Source of the DNA: Flavobacteriales bacterium UBA720
GTDB lineage: Bacteria; Bacteroidota; Bacteroidia; Flavobacteriales; Weeksellaceae
Direction of reading: 5' to 3'
NCBI GenBank assembly: GCA_002297505.1
Contig: DBLQ01000110.1
Span: 6,569-70,568, forward strand
Length of the DNA: 64,000 nucleotides
In this document: positions 8,677 through 17,727 of the stretch, piece by piece
How positions within the stretch are numbered: the stretch's first letter is position 1
How the letters are laid out: the number at the start of each line of letters is the position of its first letter
The notes under the pieces: generated by a model
Told to the model about the DNA's origin: nothing
What the model saw: the letters and a program-made list of their open reading frames with translations, nothing else
Databases searched by the model: none
Translations under genes and position numbers: made by a program

Positions 8677-11331
8677 ATGAAACTATACTTTAGTGTTAAC
8701 TTCGGGACAAAAGTTGGCCAGCGTCTCATTTTGCGCCTTTATGACGAGAAAAATGAGCATCGGGACTACGACTTGAGCTACTCCGAAAATAACAACTGGA
8801 CCACCGAACTGGATTATTTTTCCAAATCGATTCTTTACAAATATCTGCTGCTGAATGATAATGGTGACGTGCTGGACGAGGAAATTCCTTTCCATAAGCT
8901 CAATCTCCCAAACAGCTTTAAGGAATTTATGATTTTTGACCAATGGAATCTCAAAAATTTTCCGGAAAATTATCTTACCAACAAAATTCTTCACAACCGT
9001 TTGCAAGGTTTCAAACCTGCAAAATCTCCGGTCATCAAAAAACATACGCATCTTTTCCGGATAGAAGCACCGCTTTATCACCCCAATTGGCAATTAGTTC
9101 TGATTGGCAATGTAGATGCTCTGGGAAATTGGAATTATGACAACGCTGTCGAACTCTCCGAAACAGATTACGGCGTTTGGGAAGCCGGCGTGGAGATTCA
9201 TTCGCATCAGACGATTCTTTACAAATATGCCATTAAGGACCAAAATACCGGCGGTATTTTTTACATAGAACCAGGTGAAAACCGTTGGATTTTCGCAAAT
9301 CCGAACAAGGATATTCTTTATGTAAAAGCGGACCATTATTTTAAATTTGATAATCACACACTTTGGCATTCAGCAGGTGTCGCAGTTCCGGTTTTTTCTC
9401 TGAGAACGGAAGACGGTTTTGGCGTGGGCGAATTTCCTGATCTCAAAAAATTAGGCGACTGGGCCAATGAAACGAAGCTTTCCATTGTTCAGATTTTGCC
9501 GATTAACGATACAACTGCGAATTACACTTGGACAGATTCTTATCCTTACGCCGCGATTTCGGTTTACGCGCTTCATCCGCAATATCTTTCGATTGAAAAG
9601 TTAGAATACGCTTTGCCAAAAGATTTGGTTGAAGATTATAGATCGAAAAAATCAGAACTGAATGCGTTGTCTTTGATTGATTATGAGCAGATGATTGCCG
9701 GAAAATGGAAATATGCAAAGGCTGTTTTCCAGGAGAATAAAGACGCCATTCTGAAAGATAAAAATTTCAAAAAATTCATTAAAGATAATGAGGAATGGCT
9801 AATGCCTTACTCCGCATTTTGTGTGTTGAGAGACAAATATAAAACGCCCAACTTCAATGATTGGAAGACGCATAAAAAATATGTTGCCGGAAAAGTAGCC
9901 ACACTTTATGCTCCTAAACATAGAGAATATGCTCAATTGATGCTTCACGCCTGGGTTCAGTATCAGTTGCATCTACAGCTTCAGGATGCGGTAGAATATC
10001 TTCACCATTTGGGGATTTCCGTCAAAGGCGATTTACCGATTGGGATTTACAGACATTCTGTGGAAGCCTGGACAGAACCGGAATTATTCGGAATGGATTT
10101 CCAGGCCGGAGCTCCGCCTGACCAATTCTCGGATTTGGGACAAAATTGGGAATTCCCGACTTACAATTGGGAAGTGATGAAAGCCGACGGTTACCAATGG
10201 TGGAAAAAGCGTTTCAAAGTTCTGGAACAGTATTTTGACGCCATGAGAATCGATCATATTCTTGGGTTTTTCAGAATCTGGAGAATGCCGATTTCTGCTA
10301 CTCAAGGCTTATTGGGTTATTTTTATCCGGCGCTTCCGGTCACAGAAAAAGAATTTGCAGACCGTCAGATTCCTTTCAGTTATGACCGTTATGTAAAACC
10401 TTTTGTGAATGACCCGATTATTTGGGAAAATTTTGGCGACTTTAAAGAAAAGGTTCAGAATCATTTTTTTGATGCTCAGCAGAACGGAATTTATACTTTC
10501 AAGCCGGAATTTGATACACAAAGAAAATTAACCGATTATTTCAAGAAAGAATCCTGGGATTGGGCCGAAGAAAAACTGATTTCCTTGGCTGGAAATGTTT
10601 TGTTCTTGACGGAAGAAACCGACAATGGCATTGTTTATCATCCGAGATTTAATATTGCAAAAATAACATCGTTCAAATATCTCCCCGATTGGGAAAAAGC
10701 CAAACTGAATGATGTTTATAATGATTATTTCTTCAAACGTCAGGACGGACTTTGGTACCAGAAAGCCATGGAAAAATTACCGGCTTTGCTGAATTCTACC
10801 TCAATGCTGATTTGTGGTGAGGATTTAGGATTGGTTCCGGATTCAGTTCCTGTAGTGATGGACAAATTGGCAATTACCGCGCTCAAAGTTCAGAGAATGC
10901 CTTCCGAGAACATTCCTTGGTACAATCCTAAAAATGCAAGTTATCTTAATGTTGTTACCGCTTCTTCTCACGACAGTTCTACGCTGAGACAATGGTGGCA
11001 CGAGGATAGAAATCTTACACAAAGTTATTTTAATAATCAGCTGGGACAGTATGGAACGGCACCCTGGGACCTCACGCCGGAACTGTCGGAAATGATTATG
11101 AAACAGCATCTTTACACCGATGCAATGCTGGCCATTTTCCCGATTCAGGAGTTTCTGGCCACTGATGAAGAATTGATGAACCCGAATATGGATGAGGAGC
11201 GTATCAATAATCCTGCGGTTTTCCCTCATTATTGGCGATACAGAATGCATCTGAATCTTGAGGATCTTAAAACCAAGCAGCAATTCAACCAAAAGCTGGC
11301 AGGATGGATAGAGGACAGTGGTAGATTTTAA
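8677..11331 (+). CDS. malQ: 4-alpha-glucanotransferase (GH77) with N-terminal CBM20 domains
   Basis: QILPINDT, DSYPY, KGDLPIG, GAPPD, RIDHILGFFRIW, GEDLG, and a CBM20-like LIGNVDALGNW. Confidence 0.93.
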   Translation: MKLYFSVNFGTKVGQRLILRLYDEKNEHRDYDLSYSENNNWTTELDYFSKSILYKYLLLNDNGDVLDEEIPFHKLNLPNSFKEFMIFDQWNLKNFPENYLTNKILHNRLQGFKPAKSPVIKKHTHLFRIEAPLYHPNWQLVLIGNVDALGNWNYDNAVELSETDYGVWEAGVEIHSHQTILYKYAIKDQNTGGIFYIEPGENRWIFANPNKDILYVKADHYFKFDNHTLWHSAGVAVPVFSLRTEDGFGVGEFPDLKKLGDWANETKLSIVQILPINDTTANYTWTDSYPYAAISVYALHPQYLSIEKLEYALPKDLVEDYRSKKSELNALSLIDYEQMIAGKWKYAKAVFQENKDAILKDKNFKKFIKDNEEWLMPYSAFCVLRDKYKTPNFNDWKTHKKYVAGKVATLYAPKHREYAQLMLHAWVQYQLHLQLQDAVEYLHHLGISVKGDLPIGIYRHSVEAWTEPELFGMDFQAGAPPDQFSDLGQNWEFPTYNWEVMKADGYQWWKKRFKVLEQYFDAMRIDHILGFFRIWRMPISATQGLLGYFYPALPVTEKEFADRQIPFSYDRYVKPFVNDPIIWENFGDFKEKVQNHFFDAQQNGIYTFKPEFDTQRKLTDYFKKESWDWAEEKLISLAGNVLFLTEETDNGIVYHPRFNIAKITSFKYLPDWEKAKLNDVYNDYFFKRQDGLWYQKAMEKLPALLNSTSMLICGEDLGLVPDSVPVVMDKLAITALKVQRMPSENIPWYNPKNASYLNVVTASSHDSSTLRQWWHEDRNLTQSYFNNQLGQYGTAPWDLTPELSEMIMKQHLYTDAMLAIFPIQEFLATDEELMNPNMDEERINNPAVFPHYWRYRMHLNLEDLKTKQQFNQKLAGWIEDSGRF

Positions 11332-11372
11332 CTGTTATTGATCCGCTATTATAATTCGATTAAATCTTAAAA

Positions 11373-11413
11373 AAACCCTTCAGAGTTTCATACTCTGAAG
11401 GGTTTGTTTTTTT
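11373..11413 (+). terminator. Intrinsic terminator after the GH77 gene
   Basis: AAACCCTTCAGAGT/ACTCTGAAGGGTTT stem followed by T-rich sequence. Confidence 0.8.
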
Positions 11414-11584
11414 AGGATCAAAAAAAAATCATCCTGATTATCAATGCAAAATTAAATTTCTGCGTCTCGTTTTAACTCAAAGATAAATCTTCGTTTAACT
11501 TTTTTTATCCTTCGCTATCCAAAAGATAGATAGTTTCATTTCAATGAACCAATGGATTTTCTGATTAATTTAATTTAAAAAGTT

Positions 11585-12565
11585 ATGAAAACAATATTTA
11601 TTACCCTGGCAATGATTTTCGGAGGACTTGTTTCTGCCCAAGATTATTACGACACGTATCCGGCAGATTATAACGGCTACGAATATTATAACAATTCTTA
11701 CGATTATCCGGACGATTATTATTACAATTATCCTACGGATTATTATCCAGACCAGTACTACCAAGGTTATTACAATGATTACAGACAAGCTGTCTACGGC
11801 ATTAACTGGAATCAGTTTTTCTCGCAGTACCGGCTGACACCTTGGCAGATGGATCAGATTATTGCGCTCAACAACCGCTTTGCCAGCTTTGCTGCATGGG
11901 ATATGTATTACCGTTACAATCCGGATCGTTGGTATTATGACCGGTTTTTTGCCTTGCAGAATATTCTTGGCCCACAGATTTTCGTGATCTATCAGAATAA
12001 TTATTTCCGAGGCAGAAGTCCGATTGTTTTTTACCGAAACAGGTTTGCCAACTTCTATGCGAGACGATATCCCGTGAGACCTGTTTACAGAAACGTGAAC
12101 ATCAACATCTACAGAGTAGACAGAAACAATTTCCGCGAAGGATTCAGAAATCAGCAAAGAAATATGGGAATGATAGACACCAGAAACAACGGTATGATCA
12201 ATTCTCAAAACCCGAGAAGCGGCGCCAATGGTAATAATATGGGAGCTATCCGGAGTTCAGGAAACAGTGGTGTCAGAAATCAGAATGAGAATATCCGGAA
12301 TAATGGTAATGTCAGGGTAGAGCCGCAGGTCAGAGAAAATTCAGGTGTCCGAAATTCGGGATTCCCAAGAGGAAATAGTGAGGTCAGAATGCAGCAAATG
12401 CCAAGCGTGCGCCAGCAAAGTCCTCAAAACAATGGCGGCTTCCGACAGAATCAGAATTCAGGTAGAAGTATTGAAAATAGAAGCAGCGAGGGCTCTGGTC
12501 AAAGAAATTCGGCGCCTGCTGAGCGCGGTGGCAGAAGCTCCGGAATGCGTCTGGCATCAAAATAA
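11585..12565 (+). CDS. Secreted low-complexity protein (Tyr/Asp-rich N-terminus, Asn/Gln/Arg/Gly-rich tail)
   Basis: Signal peptide MKTIFITLAMIFGGLVSAQ; strongly biased composition. Confidence 0.8.
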   Translation: MKTIFITLAMIFGGLVSAQDYYDTYPADYNGYEYYNNSYDYPDDYYYNYPTDYYPDQYYQGYYNDYRQAVYGINWNQFFSQYRLTPWQMDQIIALNNRFASFAAWDMYYRYNPDRWYYDRFFALQNILGPQIFVIYQNNYFRGRSPIVFYRNRFANFYARRYPVRPVYRNVNINIYRVDRNNFREGFRNQQRNMGMIDTRNNGMINSQNPRSGANGNNMGAIRSSGNSGVRNQNENIRNNGNVRVEPQVRENSGVRNSGFPRGNSEVRMQQMPSVRQQSPQNNGGFRQNQNSGRSIENRSSEGSGQRNSAPAERGGRSSGMRLASK

Positions 12566-12665
12566 TAAGACTTTAACAAAATTTTATAATTATCAGTTCT
12601 TAACCTTATAATTATTAGAATATCAAACTAACAAATAAGAAAATATTAATATTAAATTTAAAAAA

Positions 12666-13046
12666 ATGAAAAAATTATTTTTAACTGCAGCATTTCTTGG
12701 ATTAGGTGTTTTTGGATTTGCACAGACTACTCAAGCTAGAAAAGCAGATTTCGAACAGAAAAAAGCAGAACGCCTTCAGAAGATGAAACAGGAGCTTAAT
12801 CTGAGTGACGCTCAGGTAGCGCAGATCAAAGCTTTACACGAGCAAAAAGCTGCAGAAAGAAAGCAGGAAATGTTGGCTAAAAAAGAGGATCGTATGAAAA
12901 TGATGAAGGATAATGAAGCTGACATGCAAAAAATCCTTACTCCGGAACAATATAAAAAATTCCAGGAACTGAAAGCCAAAAAAATGGCTGAGAGAAAAGG
13001 ACAATATCAGAAAAGAAAGGCAGCACAAACAGCTGTAGTGAGATAA
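12666..13046 (+). CDS. Periplasmic helical Spy/CpxP-like (LTxxQ) protein
   Basis: Signal peptide; LNLSDAQ and ILTPEQ motifs. Confidence 0.75.
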   Translation: MKKLFLTAAFLGLGVFGFAQTTQARKADFEQKKAERLQKMKQELNLSDAQVAQIKALHEQKAAERKQEMLAKKEDRMKMMKDNEADMQKILTPEQYKKFQELKAKKMAERKGQYQKRKAAQTAVVR

Positions 13047-13085
13047 GTTAGTTGTGTAAGTTATTTTTTAGTGGTTAATTTTGTG

Positions 13086-13115
13086 AAAGAGTGGATTTTT
13101 ATCCGCTCTTTTTTT
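13086..13115 (+). terminator. Intrinsic terminator
   Basis: AAAGAGTGGAT/ATCCGCTCTTT stem followed by a T-run. Confidence 0.65.
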
Positions 13116-13138
13116 ATATTTGGGAAAATTTAACATTT

Positions 13139-13642
13139 ATGGTAAGCGAAAACATTATAAATCTCATCAACATCCAGATTGCAAAAGAACAATACGCTGC
13201 ACAGCTCTATCTGTCCATGAGTGCGTGGTTCTACACGCAGGATCTGGAAGGCATTGCCAATTATTTCCGTGTCCAGTCTAAGGAGGAACTGATGCACGCC
13301 GATAAGATGTTCGATTATGTGCATGACATCGGAGGAACCATCATTCTGCAGGAGATTCCGCAGCCGCCGCACGAGTTTTCCAACGCCCAGGAGATCTTCG
13401 AAAAAGCGCTGGAACACGAAAGGCTGGTGACGAAAAGTATTTTTAACATTGTGAAAGCAGCGAATGACGAAGGCGACTTTGCCACAACAAGTTTTCTGCA
13501 ATGGTTTATCAACGAGCAGGTGGAGGAAGAATCCAGTGCCTCGCTGCTGGTTACTAAAATCAAAATGGTGAAAGATAATCCGTCTGCACTTTATCTCTTC
13601 GACCAGGAACTGGCGCAGCGCGTTTTTACGCCTACACCTTAA
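13139..13642 (+). CDS. ftnA: Non-heme ferritin
   Basis: LYLSMSAW, EELMHADK, FLQWFINEQVEEE ferroxidase motifs. The ATG at 13139 follows a TATATTTG box. Confidence 0.93.
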   Translation: MVSENIINLINIQIAKEQYAAQLYLSMSAWFYTQDLEGIANYFRVQSKEELMHADKMFDYVHDIGGTIILQEIPQPPHEFSNAQEIFEKALEHERLVTKSIFNIVKAANDEGDFATTSFLQWFINEQVEEESSASLLVTKIKMVKDNPSALYLFDQELAQRVFTPTP

Positions 13643-13654
13643 TCTTTAAAATCA

Positions 13655-15538
13655 ATGAAAAAACTAATACCAATAATGGTGCTGATGTCCGGCAATATAC
13701 TGGCACAGACCTACGCCATCTCAGATATTCCTGATGAACTCAAAAAAGATGCGAACGCTGTTATCCGGAATTACAGCTCGGAACATCTGATCAAAGCACC
13801 GGACAATATGGAAGTGAAAAATACAAAAGTCATTTCCATACTGAACAAGGCCGCGGCAGATTATTCCTATGTGTACATTCCTTATGATAAAAACACTAAG
13901 ATTTCCGATGTCAAAATCAGAATTCTGGATGAGTCCGGAAAACCGATAAAGACCTATTCCAAAAGTGACCTGAATGACATCAGCCAGTCCAATGATTCTT
14001 ATCTTTATGTAGAAGACCGGGCGCTGGCTACACGGATCATACAGCCGGTCTATCCCTATACCATAGAGACCACTTATACGGAGAAAAGTTCGGACACCGC
14101 ATTCCTGCCGGTGCTCCAGCCATTCCGCTCTGCCAATATTTCGGTCCAATACTGGGGCGAGGAGTTCCGAAACGAATCTGGCATTAAGCTTAGGAAGAAA
14201 GTTACAGATGCAGCATTCGGAAAAACGGAAATTGAGGAAGACGGTACTGTGCTAAAGGCCTCGTACAAAAATATTCCTGCCATCAAAGCGGAGAAATATG
14301 CACCCAATCCGGAAACAGTGTATTCCAAAGTGGAATTTGCGCTGGACAAGGCTTGCCTCAAAGGGAAATGCGGCGACTTCTCCACATGGAAAGATTTTGC
14401 CAACTGGTATAATGGTCTTTTGAATGAAGTTTCCATTGTTACACCGGAAATTCAAAAAGAGGTTGATGCGCTTAATCTCACCGGTAGCACGAACGATAAG
14501 GTGAAAAAAATCTACCAGTACATGCAGAGCAAGACGCGCTACGTCTTCGTAGGAATTGGTATTGGCGGCTGGCAGCCGATGGTGGCGGAAGATGTTCGGA
14601 AGAAAGCTTACGGGGACTGCAAGGCCTTGACCAATTATATGCGGGTACTTCTGAAGGCCGCTGGCATTCCGTCTTACTATTCGGTGATTTACAGCAACTC
14701 TACGCCACGTCTGTTTGATGAAAAATTCCCGAGAATGGACGGAAATCATGTGATACTCTATGTTCCGACAGAAGATGGCGGTATCTGGCTGGAGAACACA
14801 AGCCAGAACATTGCGTTCAATCATCTGAGCTATTCCACCCGAAACCGCAATGTGGTGATGGTGAGTGAGGATGATGCCAAACTGGTCAACACCCCGGTTT
14901 ATAAGCCCGAAGACAGCAAAGAAGAACTTCACCTAAAGGCGCAGATCGGCGAAGATAATACACTGAAAGGCAGTTCTCAACTGCTTTATACCGGCGGAAT
15001 TTATGATTTTAACCTCAGCAAGGTAACCATGAGTCAGCAGGAATTCAAGGATTCGGTGAAGGATGATTTTTCCGGTCTCAATCTCTCAAAAATAGATTAC
15101 AGCAATCTGAAAAACGACCGTGATGCTGGACAGCTCACGTATGACTTCAGTTTTGAGGCACCTAATTTTTCGAAAACACTAGGAAACGACATCTATTTCC
15201 GGGCATTGCCGGTTTCCGATCTGGGCTTTTATCTGGATAGTCTGGATGAGCGCAAGCTGCCGCTGGAAGTCTATTTCGGCTATAATAACGAATACGATAT
15301 CGAATATACCATTCCGAAAAATTACAGATTCACGGAACTGCCTGCTGGTAAAACTATTGAATCTCCTTACGGAAGTTATGCTATTTCTTTTTCTCAGAAA
15401 GACGATAAAATTACCATCAGAAGAACATTCAAGATCAACAAAGGCATCATCCCGGTAGAGAAAATTCCGGAGTATATGAACTTCCGAAAACAGATCAATA
15501 AAATCGACGCGACTAAAATTCTAATAACCAAGCTATGA
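13655..15538 (+). CDS. DUF3857/transglutaminase-like secreted protein
   Basis: Signal peptide; YGDCKALT, NHVILY and WLENT, consistent with a catalytic triad. Confidence 0.85.
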   Translation: MKKLIPIMVLMSGNILAQTYAISDIPDELKKDANAVIRNYSSEHLIKAPDNMEVKNTKVISILNKAAADYSYVYIPYDKNTKISDVKIRILDESGKPIKTYSKSDLNDISQSNDSYLYVEDRALATRIIQPVYPYTIETTYTEKSSDTAFLPVLQPFRSANISVQYWGEEFRNESGIKLRKKVTDAAFGKTEIEEDGTVLKASYKNIPAIKAEKYAPNPETVYSKVEFALDKACLKGKCGDFSTWKDFANWYNGLLNEVSIVTPEIQKEVDALNLTGSTNDKVKKIYQYMQSKTRYVFVGIGIGGWQPMVAEDVRKKAYGDCKALTNYMRVLLKAAGIPSYYSVIYSNSTPRLFDEKFPRMDGNHVILYVPTEDGGIWLENTSQNIAFNHLSYSTRNRNVVMVSEDDAKLVNTPVYKPEDSKEELHLKAQIGEDNTLKGSSQLLYTGGIYDFNLSKVTMSQQEFKDSVKDDFSGLNLSKIDYSNLKNDRDAGQLTYDFSFEAPNFSKTLGNDIYFRALPVSDLGFYLDSLDERKLPLEVYFGYNNEYDIEYTIPKNYRFTELPAGKTIESPYGSYAISFSQKDDKITIRRTFKINKGIIPVEKIPEYMNFRKQINKIDATKILITKL

Positions 15539-17511
15539 AATTCAAATTAATTATGATTAGTGCATTGATTTGCTCTGCATCGGTCTTCGGCCAGTACAAA
15601 TTTCTGGACATCCCGAAACTTGATATCAAAGATATGAGTGCGACTCAATATCAGAAAAATCCGGATGAAGCGGCCGAAGTGCTTTATCGTTCCTACCACT
15701 ACTGGATCGAAACCAGCGGACAAATGAATCTGGAGGTGGTGAGCCGTGTGAAAATCTATAAAAAAGACAAAGCTGAAAAATTCCTGAACCAGGAAATCTA
15801 TACCTACAACGGCAAGAACAACAATTCCGAAAGAGTGAACGCCCTGAAGGTTACCACTTTCAATCTGGAGAATGATAAAATAGTTCCTACCTTGGTAGAT
15901 AAAAGTTCCAAGTACAAATCCAAGGAATCCAAAAATTATACGGTGACGAAGTTTGCCTTCGAAAATGTGAAGGATGGCTCTGTGGTGGAGTATCGGTACA
16001 ATGTGATCTCACCTTTCTATTGGCTGGTGGACCGCGTGGCAGTGGAAGACATTGTGCCTGTAAGAAAGTTTGAGTACGTTTTTGATTTTCCGAAGTTCCT
16101 CGGCTTCAACATGGATTACAAAGGCTCATTGACACCCAATAACCGAGACGTCTCCGAGAAAACCCTCTATGGAAGCGATTACTACACCTACCGTTTTGCC
16201 TATGACAATATTCCGCCGTACAGAAACGAAAAGTATGTGAATAACATTAACAATTACAAGACCTCCATCCGCGCTGAACTCAATTCTACCAATGTTACCA
16301 AATCGCCACAGGCCTACGGCAACTCGGATCTTGGCGGCTTCAAATCCTACGCGGTGAATTGGTCAGACATCCGCAAGCAGCTCTACGACTCTGAATATTT
16401 CGGGGAAGAATTGAAACGCAAATCCCTCGTGAAAGATGTTTTGCCGGCTGACATCAAGGCCATTGAATCGGACGAAGAGAAGGCTGCGGCCATTCTGACA
16501 TTCGTCCAAAAGAATTACACCTGGAACAAAAACTATGGCGATGGAATAGAGGAGGGCAACGGCATCAAAAACCTGCTGAATACCAAAGTCGGGAACTCTG
16601 GCGAGATCAATCTACTCCTGGTGATGCTAATGCGGAGCGCCGGGCTGCAGGCAGAGCCGGTGGTGATGTCCACCATTGCCAATGGCCTTCTGGTAGATCA
16701 TTCGCCGTCCCTTAACCAGCTGAATTATACCATTGCCTATCTGGATGTTAAAGGTAAGCCATTCCTGTATGATGCCACGTCCAAAATGACTGTGCCGAAT
16801 CTTATCCGTCCTAATGCCTACAATTACAGCGGATTTATCATGACCGATAAAGAGGCTAAGAAAATGAACATCTTTCCTCCGGGCAAGAGTACCACATACC
16901 TCACCATAGATGCCACACTGGAAGCAGACGGTACAGTTTCCGGGAAATTCTCGGACCGCGATACGCAGCTCTACGCCCTGATGAACAGCGAACTTTATGA
17001 CGAAGACAAGGATGCCTACCAGAAAGAATCCTATAGAGACCGGTACACGTTTCCATTTACCAACATCAAATCCGAAGCGCTGGATCATCATGAATTCCAG
17101 ACCAGTTTCGATTTCAATGCAGATACTTTTGTAGATGGCATCGGCGGCAAGTTGATTTTCAATCCGCTGCTGTTCCTTTACAACAAGTCCCATGAGTTCG
17201 ACCAGACCGAGGAAAGACGTTCCCCGATAGAACTCTACACAGGATACGATAAGATCAAAAAAGTAACGATTAAACTGCCGGACGGCTATGTTTTCGAGAA
17301 TGTGCCGAAGTCCAAAAAGTTCCGAACGGAGGACAATGCCATCCAGTATGTTTATAAAGTAACGCAGGAAGGCGATCAATTAACGCTGGAAACCACCACC
17401 ACGGTAGAAGATCCGGTTTATCCCAAGGAATATTATCCTGCTTTCAAACAGATTTTTGACAACATTACCAAGCTGGAAGGTCAGCTGGTGACTGCGGTTA
17501 AGAAGCCATAA
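15535..17511 (+). CDS. DUF3857/transglutaminase-like protein, second paralog
   Basis: Same architecture (VKDGSVVEYRY), but GNSGEINLLL replaces the Cys motif. Confidence 0.8.
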   Translation: MKFKLIMISALICSASVFGQYKFLDIPKLDIKDMSATQYQKNPDEAAEVLYRSYHYWIETSGQMNLEVVSRVKIYKKDKAEKFLNQEIYTYNGKNNNSERVNALKVTTFNLENDKIVPTLVDKSSKYKSKESKNYTVTKFAFENVKDGSVVEYRYNVISPFYWLVDRVAVEDIVPVRKFEYVFDFPKFLGFNMDYKGSLTPNNRDVSEKTLYGSDYYTYRFAYDNIPPYRNEKYVNNINNYKTSIRAELNSTNVTKSPQAYGNSDLGGFKSYAVNWSDIRKQLYDSEYFGEELKRKSLVKDVLPADIKAIESDEEKAAAILTFVQKNYTWNKNYGDGIEEGNGIKNLLNTKVGNSGEINLLLVMLMRSAGLQAEPVVMSTIANGLLVDHSPSLNQLNYTIAYLDVKGKPFLYDATSKMTVPNLIRPNAYNYSGFIMTDKEAKKMNIFPPGKSTTYLTIDATLEADGTVSGKFSDRDTQLYALMNSELYDEDKDAYQKESYRDRYTFPFTNIKSEALDHHEFQTSFDFNADTFVDGIGGKLIFNPLLFLYNKSHEFDQTEERRSPIELYTGYDKIKKVTIKLPDGYVFENVPKSKKFRTEDNAIQYVYKVTQEGDQLTLETTTTVEDPVYPKEYYPAFKQIFDNITKLEGQLVTAVKKP

Positions 17512-17516
17512 TTATG

Positions 17517-17546
17517 ATCCCGGAAGCTCAACTTCCGGGATTTTTT
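17517..17546 (+). terminator. Intrinsic terminator
   Basis: ATCCCGGAAG/CTTCCGGGAT stem followed by a T-run. Confidence 0.8.
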
Positions 17547-17560
17547 ATATCGGTTTCACG

Positions 17561-17711
17561 AAACTTTCCTGCACCCCTGCAACAGGGTATCAACCTTATG
17601 TAGAAATCTTCCTGCACCCCTGCGACAAGCTTTCACATTAACCTGAAAGCTTGTTGCACCCCTGCAGCACGCCCTCCGGAAGCCTGTTTTGCCATTTTCA
17701 GCCCTGCAATG
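17561..17711. repeat. Degenerate ~42-bp period repeat with core TGCACCCCTGC
   Basis: Core at 17570, 17613 and 17655, plus a degenerate TTCAGCCCTGC at 17697 (spacings 43, 42, 42). Confidence 0.8.
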
Positions 17712-17727
17712 GATTTTCCCCCGGGAT

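Noticed and set aside
17561..17711. CRISPR array
   Set aside because: The constant core is only about 11 bp with 3-4 copies and no cas genes; kept as an unexplained repeat.
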